A stretch of DNA of 64,000 nucleotides from contig CP147778.1 of NCBI GenBank assembly GCA_037305845.1, forward strand, positions 320,001-384,000. The letters are read 5' to 3'. This DNA is from Candidatus Freyarchaeum deiterrae (GTDB lineage Archaea > Asgardarchaeota > Jordiarchaeia > Jordiarchaeales > Jordiarchaeaceae). Under the pieces are notes generated by a model. It made no database searches. It saw nothing but the letters and a program-made list of their open reading frames with translations, and was not told the DNA's origin. Of the stretch, positions 28,901 through 38,688 are shown in pieces; the first letter of the stretch is position 1, and each line of letters starts with the position of its first letter. Position numbers and translations under genes: made by a program.

Positions 28901-31013
28901 CGGTGTTACTCGAAAGAGTATTGTTATTGGAGCTGGAGGATAGGTAGAAGCCGTAGTAGTTGTTGTTTGTGACGGTGTTACTTGTAAGATTGTTGTTTGA
29001 GCTGGAGGATAGACCGAAGCCTAAATAATAGTTGAGGTTTGCGGTGTTACTCGAAAGAGTATTATTCGAGCTGGAGGATAGGAAGAAACCGTCCCAGCCG
29101 TTGTGGTATGCGGTGTTACTCGAAAGAGTATTGTTGTTCGAGTAGTGGTTAAGGTCGAAGCCGTTGCCTCTCCAGCCGAAAGCCCCGTTGTCGTTTGCGG
29201 TATTACCCAAGAGAATATTGTTGTTCGAGTAGTGGTCTAGGTCGAAGCCCCAATAGTTGTATTTTGCGGTATTACTTGTAAGAGTGTTATTTGAGCTGGA
29301 GTTTAGGTAGAAGCCGTATTGGGTGTTGTTGTTTGCGGTGTTACCCAAGAGAGTATTATTCGAGCTGGAGGATAGGCTGAAGCCGTCGTTAATATTGTTG
29401 TTTACGGTGTTACCCAAGAGAGTATTGTTGTATGCAGAGTATAATGTGATTCCAACATAGTTGTTTGTGAATGTGTTGTTCTCTATGACTGCGTTGTTGG
29501 TGCTTATCCAGAGACCATAATAGTCATAGTTACTGGTCGTGTAATTGTATCCGCAGTATTGCAGTTCGCTGTTGTTCATCTGGAATGTTGCTCCGGGTTG
29601 CACCCGAAATAGGAAGTTATGCGTGTTGTCTGGATTATAGGCAGTGATGTTTGTGGCGTCGTTTATAGTATTAGGGTTTCCGTCGCTGTCATTTATGTAT
29701 AGTGCTCCTCCACTCTGAACCTCTATGCCGTGTTCACCGTTAGTGGTGCAGTTGACCATTAAGGTATCATTGGTTAGTGTCAGGCTTCCCCCACTAGCGA
29801 TTGTTAGGTTTCCGTTCAGAATTATGGCTTTGCTGTAAATTATTTGAGTATCGGTGATAATGGTATCGTTCCAGATTTCTTCTTCGCTTCCCCAGGCTCC
29901 CTGGATTGGTTCGGGGTCACATAAATTTCTTACAAAGCACCAATCAACTGTTACACTTGTATTAGTACCTCTTGCCCCAAAATTTATACCCAAATTATCT
30001 TTAGGTGCTTGGCCAGGCATCCAAGCTGTTAAAATGTCGTTTTCGAAGAATTGGACGTCATTTTTCCAAATTATCTTTAAAATATGGTAAGAGCTTAAAT
30101 CTGTTCTTCGGACTACCATGCCAGCACTGTCGTCTGTCCATACTTGATAATAATCTAGCGCAAACTCGGCAATATCAAACCCGAAACCCGAGTAACCACC
30201 ACCTGTTGCGCTTCTTTCATCCGCAGCTATCTGCCACGCATTTTGTCCACCGGCTTGTCCGTATGCTTTAGCTCTGAAATAAAAAGCTCTCGGCTTGCTG
30301 AATTGGACTCTAGCGCCGATGGATTCAAAATCGAGACCTCCATTGCCCAAAATTGTTAACTCGGTTCCAGACTCGGAATACGCACCGCCTGTTTTCCCTA
30401 TATTCCATTTGTTCGTGTCCAAAATATTGTCATCAAAGTGATCAAAGAATGGAAAAGTGTTAGTCCCATTACTAGTTGTTGTGGCATCGTTTTTCCCATA
30501 ATAAACGTAAATAGTAGTATTGTTAGGTGCAACGGGGATAGAATCTACTTGGACCCAGAAGGTCGCGTTGTCACCGTCGTACTCGCTCTCCATCCAGTAG
30601 TTCAGTTGGCTGGTTCCATCCGAGTTTGTGAACCTTATGTCGCCGAAGTCTGTTCTGCAGTTAGCCTTACAATAAATGTTCTCGGCGTTGTCGCTGCCGC
30701 TGCTGTAGTGTACCACTATCATCGTCTGGTAATTGGTCTGGGCACCCGCAGTACTTCCACTTAATGTGTGGCTTTTGCAGTATTCCCATCCCGACAGCCA
30801 AAAAGCTTTTGCATTAATATTATTGTTATTTTGGGGGTTGTTTAAAAATAGGGTTTGAAAGTAATTTGTATTTGTAGTTTGGTAAGAGAGGAATACGGGT
30901 ATGCATATTGAAATGGTGAAAAGTGAAATCGCCATTAATGCGATGAATGCACGTTTATGATTATTTAAACGGTTTTTTAGGCTTGGTATTTTCACCCGCC
31001 TCATTTCTCCCAT
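25941..31013 (-). CDS. Large membrane-anchored surface glycoprotein: DUF2341-like domain, PbH1/NosD beta-helix blocks, TM, cytoplasmic zinc ribbon and RING-like finger
   Basis: N-terminal hydrophobic segment; DFGDIRFT...IYVYYG; NNTLSSNTANNN..GF.L repeats; TM followed by RRGRR; CPVC-x12-CPCC-x4-H-x2-H-LLEW-x6-CPSC. Confidence 0.85.
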   Translation of the reverse strand: MGEMRRVKIPSLKNRLNNHKRAFIALMAISLFTISICIPVFLSYQTTNTNYFQTLFLNNPQNNNNINAKAFWLSGWEYCKSHTLSGSTAGAQTNYQTMIVVHYSSGSDNAENIYCKANCRTDFGDIRFTNSDGTSQLNYWMESEYDGDNATFWVQVDSIPVAPNNTTIYVYYGKNDATTTSNGTNTFPFFDHFDDNILDTNKWNIGKTGGAYSESGTELTILGNGGLDFESIGARVQFSKPRAFYFRAKAYGQAGGQNAWQIAADERSATGGGYSGFGFDIAEFALDYYQVWTDDSAGMVVRRTDLSSYHILKIIWKNDVQFFENDILTAWMPGQAPKDNLGINFGARGTNTSVTVDWCFVRNLCDPEPIQGAWGSEEEIWNDTIITDTQIIYSKAIILNGNLTIASGGSLTLTNDTLMVNCTTNGEHGIEVQSGGALYINDSDGNPNTINDATNITAYNPDNTHNFLFRVQPGATFQMNNSELQYCGYNYTTSNYDYYGLWISTNNAVIENNTFTNNYVGITLYSAYNNTLLGNTVNNNINDGFSLSSSSNNTLLGNTANNNTQYGFYLNSSSNNTLTSNTAKYNYWGFDLDHYSNNNILLGNTANDNGAFGWRGNGFDLNHYSNNNTLSSNTAYHNGWDGFFLSSSSNNTLSSNTANLNYYLGFGLSSSSNNNLTSNTVTNNNYYGFYLSSSSNNNTLSSNTATNSTYGFYLFSCLNNTITGNAAVNNAYGFYLEAGSSGNDLTGSIVSNYLSVKVLGYDGGAVQGADVKVEVDGNPLYASPGFGGINSSTDQNGLTDLIIVPYQTFTSGAWVGNTTVVTVKFKIMSFLNNPRIVDISSSHIENFTATPTIWGDTTISDSQNISNTQIILNGNLTIAGGGSLTLTSVTLFVNCSTNGEHGIEVKSGGALYINDSDGNPLTTNDATVITAYNKDNAHNFVFWVQPGATFQMNNSEIHYCGYSNWPNKEDCGPCINTDNAVIENNTFSNNYYGILLWNAYYNIIRNNNVTNNSNDGFFLDSSSNNQLINNTISYNNMYGLYLWFGSNNNNISGNTATNNVWDGFNIYNTYNNTLTGNTASNNNYGFDIFRSTYSKLMSNFAINNGDGFYMYDSSNNTLSNNTANNNGDGFFLSQSSNNTLSCNTANNNGAAGFFLEWKSNNNTLTDNTLVNNRYGFNLDGSNLYIDFTGSVVANYLCIEVLDKNENPVQGADVKVEVDGNVVYASPEFGGSNSTTNQSGLTDWFIVPYQTYVGGTPIYNAARVTASFFGLNITDNKRTVYMSSSHKETFVVEKVDSSITTSIGAGINKLVNVSVQMGVELTINLTNPVNLSIIKIIDNLKGNTPFGLNFLGRFVSIEVDNTTAIQGINITIHYTDQEVTGNNLKENSLAIWYWNETSGNWIQLPSTVDIQNNTITGYTNHLTYFAILGTPVWYPYIPLLILFLNTPSGLNPLIYLTLGLVAVAGVTVATLGLRRGRREEEQITETEAPTRYPETAPQRPASYTGTQISPTREEKASEQKIILKIRRTTPQSEAQTVTAAKRVKPAKAKRLAQDLESRRAALKDLMAEINTRFEAGKLTPDEYREIYQKYSAKLATVEKKLGVITSPTPDIGQRCCMFCGTEIQGDEKYCPNCGGARLRCPVCQINIVSGDQLVKCPCCGALSHKDHLLEWIKIKGTCPSCEKKLSQLDIV

Positions 31014-31370
31014 TGATTATATAAATTCGGTAATATATTTATATACTTATTTATTGTGACAAAAACGAAGATGGCATTATCCTTAGATTTTTAATAAATT
31101 TTTTCTAGTGAGTTAATAGCTTTTAATTATCGATTCAATTAAGGGAGAAGAGGATTATTTTTTTAATAGAGTATGGGGGCAACTCAATACTGTGATGATG
31201 GTGTATTATTGGTCTACTTTGGGTGGTTAGGATTCAAAATTTTTGTTTAATAATTTTTTTCTAATTGTTGAGAACATAAAGATTGAGTTTTGTTTGTTTT
31301 AAGTAAAGTGGTATTTTAATACTGAAAATTCTTTTAAGGGGATAAATCGTTGTAAATATTAAAAGGAGGA

Positions 31371-32129
31371 ATGGTCTTGGCGTTCTCAGCAAAGGATGTG
31401 GAAAGGGTTGCTGAACTTATCAGTAATGCTTCTTATCTAGTTGCATTCACTGGGGCGGGTATCTCTACCGAGAGCGGAATTCCGGATTATAGAGGTCCGG
31501 AGGGTGTTTGGACACTTAGAGATAAGGGTTTGAAGCCCAAATTGCCAACGAAGCCTATGGATCAAATTGAACCCAACGATGGTCATTACGCTCTTGTTGA
31601 GCTTTACAATATGGGGATACTGAAATATGTGATATCTCAAAACGTTGATAATCTTCACATAAAATCGGGCATTCCTCAAGATATTCTCGCTGAGCTTCAC
31701 GGTAATCATGCTCTCATGAAATGCTTGAGCTGTGATGCGCGTTTTTCAAAAGAGGAAGTGGGATGGGACGACCTTGTATGTGGTAATGGCTATAGAACAC
31801 AGAAACCTGTTTCCAATCAACCGGCGTGTCCGGAATGTTCTGGTAGACTTATTTCATCAGTGGTAAACTTCGGTGACCCGATGCCTGAACGTGAAATAGC
31901 GGAATCTGCTAGGCAATCAGGAAAATGTGACTTAATGTTGGTGGTAGGTTCGTCGTTAAGTGTTTCTCCTGCTAACCAATTCCCGATTATTGCAAAGAGT
32001 AGGGGCGCTAAAATAATAATTATTAACATGGGTGAGACACAATTAGAAGAAATCGCAGATATAAGAATTGAAGCCAAGTCAGGAGAGTTTCTTTCCAAAG
32101 TACTCGACAAAGTAAAGATGAATAAGTGA
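31371..32129 (+). CDS. NAD-dependent protein deacylase (sirtuin), class IV-like
   Basis: GAGISTESGIPDYRG, SQNVD, ELHGN, CLSC/CPEC zinc ligands, GSSL. Confidence 0.93.
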   Translation: MVLAFSAKDVERVAELISNASYLVAFTGAGISTESGIPDYRGPEGVWTLRDKGLKPKLPTKPMDQIEPNDGHYALVELYNMGILKYVISQNVDNLHIKSGIPQDILAELHGNHALMKCLSCDARFSKEEVGWDDLVCGNGYRTQKPVSNQPACPECSGRLISSVVNFGDPMPEREIAESARQSGKCDLMLVVGSSLSVSPANQFPIIAKSRGAKIIIINMGETQLEEIADIRIEAKSGEFLSKVLDKVKMNK

Positions 32130-32288
32130 TTTCTTCATAAAAGGAACTCAGAATACGTCACTAATTAATTAACTAATATTTTTACAGACCAGAAATTACT
32201 ATTTCACTCACTAGTGGAAGACCTGAATACATAGGCTTAAATAGAGGATGCAACATACCACCTAAAAAATAATTCTTGATGATAAGGA

Positions 32289-33776
32289 ATGCCGGAAGAC
32301 ACCCAGGTCTTGGGGCACGAGCCACCTCAAGAATTGGCGAGTGCCAGTGACAACTGGTTTATTGGTCCCCTGCACTTATACGATATCCTAGTAATCTTGC
32401 TGGTTGCTGTCTTCACTGTAGGATTGTTTGTTGTGGGCCCACCGTTGACCCTCGATGACTTCTACCATATGGGTGTTGCCCAAGAGATTTATACGTTTGG
32501 CTTCGTTCCCACTTGGGACTTCTGGGACTTTGTGCCAATCGGCCGCCCCCAACTTTATCCTCCTCTTCTTCACATTTTGATGGCTCTTTTCATGAAGTTC
32601 TCTGGTGGAGATGTTTTCTTTGCTGCGAGAGTATTTAAGGTTATAACCTACCCGTTTCTTGTTTTCTGTTTCTGGTACTCGGCAAGGGGTTTCTTGGGTA
32701 GGAAGTCGGCTTTCTACTCCACAATGGCGTTGGCTAGTATTTATCCCATGCTCGTCTTGAGCTATATAATTATGCCTGCTAGCCTAGTTATCGCTCTCAC
32801 CTGTCTCCTATTTCTAACCTTTACTCGGAAGAAGCTCCTATACTCAATAATTTTAATGGCGGTAATGCTGTGGCTTCACATATCCATGCCAATACTCTCA
32901 ATTATTGCTCTCCTCGCCTTCAGCTTGTTGAGAAGGAGGGAGGGATACTTGAAGTTCTTCCTCAAGGTGTTTGCAGCTTCCGCTCTACTCTACTCCCCCT
33001 GGTTAATTCACGTGGCTGTAAACATAAACTGGCTTTCCTCAGCTGGATTACCCGCAGAGTTTTTTGTTCCCTTCATTGTCTGGGCTCTAGGGCTGCCCGC
33101 AATTATTTTCTCCTTCAAGTATTACAAGGCTGACTACTTTATCTACACGCTCTATGCCTTCGCACTAATCCCCCTATTTTCGGGGTATGGTATCCGCTAC
33201 TGGGTTTACCTGACAATCCCACTGTCATTCTTTGTGGGTGTAACTCTCTCAAGGCATGTGGGCTCAAGAAGCGGAAAATGGAGAGCTATAAAGATGATAC
33301 TCATAGTTCTCTTAGCTGTTTCAGCGATTGCGGTCACGCCAGCAATAGGGGGAGCGACGCCAGTACAGCAAGGCCCCATAGCTTATCCGAATAATTCTTT
33401 TTCCTTCCTGTCCTCGCCTTTCCTTCAGCTACTCCTATGGTCACCTCAGTGTAGAGGAATGGTAACCCCGGATATTTTCCCACTTTACTTGGCGTCTGGC
33501 TGGATAAGAGCAAATACTCAGCCCTCCCAACCCATCTGCTACATTGGCTCCAGTTCAACTGATGCCGAAGTAATAACAGCTTTTACGGGCAGACCAACAA
33601 CGGGTGGAATGTGGCTTGAAGTTATGAACCCTCTCACCCAAATAGCGTCCCAATTGTACACACTAAACTACGGAACGGTGTACGTTGTGGGCCCTCCCTA
33701 CAGCGCACCTCCTCCCTCAATCCCCTGCACACTAGCAGCAGACTTCGGGCCAATTAAAATATTCGTAATAACATAA
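32289..33776 (+). CDS. Multi-TM GT-C-like membrane glycosyltransferase, paralog 1
   Basis: DDFYH after TM1, YPPLLH loop, many TM segments, soluble C-terminal domain starting WIRANT. Confidence 0.65.
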   Translation: MPEDTQVLGHEPPQELASASDNWFIGPLHLYDILVILLVAVFTVGLFVVGPPLTLDDFYHMGVAQEIYTFGFVPTWDFWDFVPIGRPQLYPPLLHILMALFMKFSGGDVFFAARVFKVITYPFLVFCFWYSARGFLGRKSAFYSTMALASIYPMLVLSYIIMPASLVIALTCLLFLTFTRKKLLYSIILMAVMLWLHISMPILSIIALLAFSLLRRREGYLKFFLKVFAASALLYSPWLIHVAVNINWLSSAGLPAEFFVPFIVWALGLPAIIFSFKYYKADYFIYTLYAFALIPLFSGYGIRYWVYLTIPLSFFVGVTLSRHVGSRSGKWRAIKMILIVLLAVSAIAVTPAIGGATPVQQGPIAYPNNSFSFLSSPFLQLLLWSPQCRGMVTPDIFPLYLASGWIRANTQPSQPICYIGSSSTDAEVITAFTGRPTTGGMWLEVMNPLTQIASQLYTLNYGTVYVVGPPYSAPPPSIPCTLAADFGPIKIFVIT

Positions 33777-33991
33777 AATTCAGAGCCACTAAACAAAGAG
33801 AAAGAAATAAAACTTTGCCGAAGCCAATGACACTCTCAGGTTACAATTAATTAAGAGGAAGTACAATGAGTGTTTCTCCTGCTAACCAGTTTCCGCTTAT
33901 TGAGTGATTGCTAATTCTGTGTTTTTTCTGGATTTTCATTCCAAAAAATATAATAATGAGTTCGGCTCAAGTCTTAATCTAAAAAATTGGG

Positions 33992-35515
33992 GTGCTCAAG
34001 GGTATGCGGAGAATAAACTTTGAAGTCGAACTGCCCACTGAGTTGCCGAGTTCTTTGGATAAGTTGTTTCTGGGTCCCTTGCACCTGTACGATTTTCTGG
34101 TTATAGGCATCATAATCTTTTTTATAGTCGGATTGTGGATAGTGGGGCCACCCCTATCCTACGATGATTTTTCTCATATGGCTGCAGCGCAGCAAATATA
34201 CTTGCTGGGGTATATTCCCACCTGGGATTTCTGGGAGTTTGCACCAGTCGGTCGGCCTGAGATTTATCCTCCTCTCGTGCACGTGATTATGGCGCTAATA
34301 ATGAAGGGCAGCGGGGGAGATGTCCTGCTGGCGGCGAAGGTAATTAAGGTTGGAACCTACCCACTTCTAATTTTTTGTTTATGGTGGAGTGCCAGAAAAT
34401 TTGTCGGGTATAAATCCGCTTTCTATACTGTCCTGGTACTCATCGGTAGTTTTACCACAATGACTGAAAGTTATACGATTATTCCAGCGTCCATCCTACT
34501 CGCGATTTCATGTATTTTGTTTTGGACTTTTACGCAGAAAAAGTTGATATCCTCAATTATTCTTTTAGCGGTAGCTCTCTGGATACATATCCTTTTCCCT
34601 TTTATGATCATCGGGGTTTTATTGCTTTTTTCTATAATTCGAAGGGATGAGGGGTACTTAACCTTTTTCGCCAAAGTTGTGGGAGTATCCCTCCTATTAT
34701 ATTCCCCCTGGCTAATTCATGTAGTGCCTGATTTGCATTGGCTGTCCAATGTGCAGACGCCCTTAGGATTACAGTTTCCCCTCCTAGCCTGGATTATTGG
34801 ACTTCCAGGTCTACTCTACTCAGTTAAATATTACAAGGACAACAGCTTCATTTTCGCCCTATTAGCCTTGGGGCTGAGTCCTCTTGTTATTTCTTACGGA
34901 GCCCGCCTCTGGGCAAACATACTAATTCCCTTATCGTTCTACGCTGGAATCACTATAACAAAATTCGTTGGAACCAGGTCGGGAAGATGGAAAAAGGCCA
35001 AAATTATTCTAATCATAGCTATAGCGTTTTCAGCGCTAACTTTAGCTCCAGCATTAGGAAGCACTATAGAGATTTTATATTATACGCCGAATTCTCCGCC
35101 TCTCCTAAACCCGTCAGCCGTCAGTTATCTAGCTTTGTGGCCTTCCACACGTATGGGTTCAACACCAGTATACTATGATCCTACGGGAAACATTGACCCT
35201 GTTGGAAACACCTTTTTTTACTATCTAGCTTCGTTCTGGATACAGGCAAACGTCCCACTATATGAGCCCATAGTCGTACTAGGCGGTAAAGCGGGGGTAG
35301 ATTCGGTTATGATGACCGCATTCACAGGTAGACCCACCACGAGCGGGGACTGGCTTGAGGTGATGAATCCGTTAATACAACCCATAGTACTATACTACAC
35401 CTATCACAACGCAACAGTTTTTGTTGTAGGTCCTCCCTTTACTTCACCGCCAACTGTGCTTCCTACGAACCTAGTGGCGCAGTTTGGACCTGTGAGTATA
35501 TTCGAGACGGCCTAG
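33992..35515 (+). CDS. Multi-TM GT-C-like membrane glycosyltransferase, paralog 2
   Basis: DDFSH, YPPLVH; colinear with paralog 1 (GPLHLYD, PTWDFW, AFTGRPTT.G.WLEVMNPL). Confidence 0.65.
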   Translation: MLKGMRRINFEVELPTELPSSLDKLFLGPLHLYDFLVIGIIIFFIVGLWIVGPPLSYDDFSHMAAAQQIYLLGYIPTWDFWEFAPVGRPEIYPPLVHVIMALIMKGSGGDVLLAAKVIKVGTYPLLIFCLWWSARKFVGYKSAFYTVLVLIGSFTTMTESYTIIPASILLAISCILFWTFTQKKLISSIILLAVALWIHILFPFMIIGVLLLFSIIRRDEGYLTFFAKVVGVSLLLYSPWLIHVVPDLHWLSNVQTPLGLQFPLLAWIIGLPGLLYSVKYYKDNSFIFALLALGLSPLVISYGARLWANILIPLSFYAGITITKFVGTRSGRWKKAKIILIIAIAFSALTLAPALGSTIEILYYTPNSPPLLNPSAVSYLALWPSTRMGSTPVYYDPTGNIDPVGNTFFYYLASFWIQANVPLYEPIVVLGGKAGVDSVMMTAFTGRPTTSGDWLEVMNPLIQPIVLYYTYHNATVFVVGPPFTSPPTVLPTNLVAQFGPVSIFETA

Positions 35516-35528
35516 TGCACGCGATGAA

Positions 35529-35556
35529 GTGAAGACAGAAATTCGCATGTCTTCAC
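35529..35556 (+). terminator. Stem-loop downstream of GT-C paralog 2
   Basis: GTGAAGACA-N10-TGTCTTCAC, with T-rich tracts further downstream. Confidence 0.4.
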
Positions 35557-35723
35557 ACTTGAACCTTTTCAGCTCAGCTTTCTACAATTTTTTCTTTTTC
35601 TTCCAGTTAAATCTCCTAAAAACTCGGCAAGTAATAATCAAAATGGCGAAAGTAATTAATAGGGTTACTGTTAGTTCGCACCTTATGAATACATATGTTG
35701 TAAATTAATTTAGAGGAATTACG

Positions 35724-36323
35724 ATGAGTGAGGATACTTTGGTAGAGCAACTAGCAAAAATGTCGACTCTGGAAGAAGTGTATGATATAGCTAAAGATTG
35801 TGTTCGATGCCCCCTCTCACAATCGAGAACCAGAGTCGTGTTCGGTGAGGGTGATTCCCACACCAAACTAATGTTCGTTGGAGAAGCGCCCGGAGAACAG
35901 GAAGACCTTCAGGCTCGCCCCTTTGTGGGAAGAGCTGGGAAGTTTCTAGACCAATTACTAAAATTAGCGGGTCTAGAAAGATACAAGGTTTACATATCAA
36001 ACACCGTTAAGTGCCGCCCGCCGAAGAATAGGAAGCCGCGAAAGGAAGAAATGGAAAAGTGTAATCCCTATCTCAGAAAACAAATCGAGTTAATAAAACC
36101 CCAAGTAATCTGCATTCTTGGAAGCGCATCCCTCGAAGCGCTGCTGGGGAAAACCTCCCGAATCAGCGAATTAAGAGGGAAGCCCATCGAAAAAGGGGGA
36201 ATCACCTATTTTGTTACATTCCATCCCGCAGCAACACTCTACAATCCTGCAGCAAAGGGGGAAATGGAAAAAGACATGCTATCACTAAAAGAGTTACTAG
36301 AAAAAAAGAAAATAGAAATCTAG
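35724..36323 (+). CDS. udg: Uracil-DNA glycosylase family 4
   Basis: CVRC, GEAPG, PFVG, NTVKCRPP, FHPAA. Confidence 0.93.
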   Translation: MSEDTLVEQLAKMSTLEEVYDIAKDCVRCPLSQSRTRVVFGEGDSHTKLMFVGEAPGEQEDLQARPFVGRAGKFLDQLLKLAGLERYKVYISNTVKCRPPKNRKPRKEEMEKCNPYLRKQIELIKPQVICILGSASLEALLGKTSRISELRGKPIEKGGITYFVTFHPAATLYNPAAKGEMEKDMLSLKELLEKKKIEI

Positions 36324-36357
36324 TTAGTCTCCATTCAACCTCAAACATCAAACTAAA

Positions 36358-36729
36358 TTAGGTTTCCTCTTCTTCCTCCGTTTCCCCAGGTTTTTCTTGA
36401 ATGTATACATTTCTATACTTTCCCTTTTCTTGATAAACTATCTTCAACACTTGTTCAGGTATCTTTTCCTGAACTGTTTCAAAAGAGATTGGGGAAACTT
36501 TTTCCATTCTTAAGATTTTTGAGAATAGTATGAAGGCATTGAAAGCCTCGCCCGTTGCAATAGACCTTCCCTTAAGATTAATTCCCCTGTCGCTGATGGC
36601 TACTAACCCTTCAAAATTGTAAGGCGAAGCGCTAAGCTCGTCACTGAGGCCCTCTCTGGTTTCTCGTTTGGGAGCATTCTCCTTGAAAAACCAAAAAGCC
36701 TCGTATTTTTTTCCCAAAATTAACACCAA
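36358..36729 (-). CDS. Hypothetical protein
   Basis: 123-aa ORF filling an otherwise empty gap; no recognised motif. Confidence 0.5.
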   Translation of the reverse strand: MVLILGKKYEAFWFFKENAPKRETREGLSDELSASPYNFEGLVAISDRGINLKGRSIATGEAFNAFILFSKILRMEKVSPISFETVQEKIPEQVLKIVYQEKGKYRNVYIQEKPGETEEEEET

Positions 36730-36975
36730 TTATAAACGATACCTACTGCTTCTCTAAAAAATATTCCCTCTAGCCGTAAAAGATTAATTATTGTCAGGAA
36801 AGCTTCATCCCCGTTAAGGGATAACAAATATTTTTAAATGGATTTTTCTTTTGTATCACTGTTGGATTCGCGAGAATTGGATACCAATAAATTTAAGGCA
36901 CTAATCGAATCGTTCAGATAATTAATAAAAATTAGTGAAAATGTTTTTAAAAGATTAAAAAAAGAAGTTATTCAA

Positions 36976-38688
36976 ATGAGAGTAGAAGAATTTGATGTAG
37001 TTGTTGTAGGGGCTGGGTTGAGTGGTTTAAGAGCGGGGTTAGAATTATCTAGTGAGTACAATATTGCCGTAGTAAGTAAAGTTTATCCAGTTAGAAGCCA
37101 TTCGAACGCTGCTCAAGGAGGAATAAATGCTGCCTTGGGTAATGCCGAAAAGGGTAAAGAGGATTCTCCCAAAAGACACGCATTTGATACGGTAAAAGGT
37201 TCAGATTATTTGGCGGATCAAGATGTTGTAATGTTTATGTGCCAAGAAGCTCCAAAAATAGTCGTAGAATTTGAAAGCATGGGCGCGCCATTCTCAAGAT
37301 TGGATTCTGGATTAATAGCACAACGTCCATTTGGTGGTGCAGGTTTTCCTAGAACGTGTTATGCGGGAGATCGTACTGGCCACGCCTTATTACATACACT
37401 TTTTGAACAGTGTGTTAGAAAATCAGTTAAATTTTTTGATGAATATTTTCTCATTGATTTAATGCGGTTTAATAATCAAATAGTGGGATTAATATGCCTT
37501 GATATTGGTACTGGAGAATTAGTCGTTTTTCATACTCCATTAGTTGTTCTTGCAACTGGAGGTTTTGGACGAATATATAAGCGATCTACTAATTCAGTTA
37601 TTAACACTGGAGATGGACCGGGTGCTGCCTTTCGTGCGGGAGTTGCATTAGAAGATCTCGAATTTCAACAATTCCATCCAACTACATTATATGGAACTAA
37701 TATTTTGATAACCGAGGGGGCTAGAGGTGAAGGAGGTCTCTTATATAACAAGAATGGAGAGCGTTTTATGAAAAGGACTGCTCCAGAGGCGATGGAACTC
37801 GCTCCACGAGATATTGTAGCACGATCTATTGAAACCGAGATTCTCGAAGGAAGAGCATTTGATAATGAATATGTAAATTTAGATCTTACACATTTAGGTG
37901 CGGATCTTATTAAGCAACGGCTTCCGGGAATTAGAGAAATAAGCATGTATTTTGCAGGAATTGATCCTATTGATGATCCAATTCCAGTTCAACCAGGACA
38001 ACATTATTCAATGGGAGGGATAGCTACTGTTTCCGGAGGTGCCTATGGTCAAACAGAAATATCTGGACTTTATACGATTGGGGAGTGCTCTTGCCTATCG
38101 GTTCACGGAGCCAATCGTTTAGGAGGTAATTCTTTGTTAGAAACTTCTGTTTTTGGGAGATATATTGGGAGAGAATTGATTAAAAAGCATTTACCCAAAT
38201 TGCCATCCTCAGCTGATATGATGAAATTAACGGATAAAGTTGTTGGGAACGTTGAAAAATTATTTAAAAGCTGGGAGGAGAATGATGGGAAAAAACCAGC
38301 TGAGATTAGGAATGAAATGGAGGAAGTTATGACTAATTACGTGGGAATATTTCGAAAAGAAGAAGATCTAAAGAAAGCTTATGGTATCTTGGTCAAACTA
38401 CAAAAAGATTTCTTAAATACACAGGTATTAGCTTCTGATAGAAAATTTAACTACGGACTCGTTCGTACATTAGAATTAAGAAACATGTTAGACCTTGCAG
38501 AATCAACGGCGTATGCTGCTTTATGGAGGAAAGAAAGTCGGGGATCTCATTATAGGAGAGATTATCCAAATCGAAATGATAAGGATTATTTGGTGCATTC
38601 ATTAGTTTACAGACATGGGGATGGTCTTGAATTAAAAACTAAGCCCGTTAGGTTGGGTATTTTTGAAGTAAAAGAGCGTGAGTATTAA
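36976..38688 (+). CDS. sdhA: Succinate dehydrogenase/fumarate reductase flavoprotein subunit
   Basis: [16 protein letters not shown] (FAD-His), [31 protein letters not shown]. Confidence 0.93.
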   Translation: MRVEEFDVVVVGAGLSGLRAGLELSSEYNIAVVSKVYPVRSHSNAAQGGINAALGNAEKGKEDSPKRHAFDTVKGSDYLADQDVVMFMCQEAPKIVVEFESMGAPFSRLDSGLIAQRPFGGAGFPRTCYAGDRTGHALLHTLFEQCVRKSVKFFDEYFLIDLMRFNNQIVGLICLDIGTGELVVFHTPLVVLATGGFGRIYKRSTNSVINTGDGPGAAFRAGVALEDLEFQQFHPTTLYGTNILITEGARGEGGLLYNKNGERFMKRTAPEAMELAPRDIVARSIETEILEGRAFDNEYVNLDLTHLGADLIKQRLPGIREISMYFAGIDPIDDPIPVQPGQHYSMGGIATVSGGAYGQTEISGLYTIGECSCLSVHGANRLGGNSLLETSVFGRYIGRELIKKHLPKLPSSADMMKLTDKVVGNVEKLFKSWEENDGKKPAEIRNEMEEVMTNYVGIFRKEEDLKKAYGILVKLQKDFLNTQVLASDRKFNYGLVRTLELRNMLDLAESTAYAALWRKESRGSHYRRDYPNRNDKDYLVHSLVYRHGDGLELKTKPVRLGIFEVKEREY

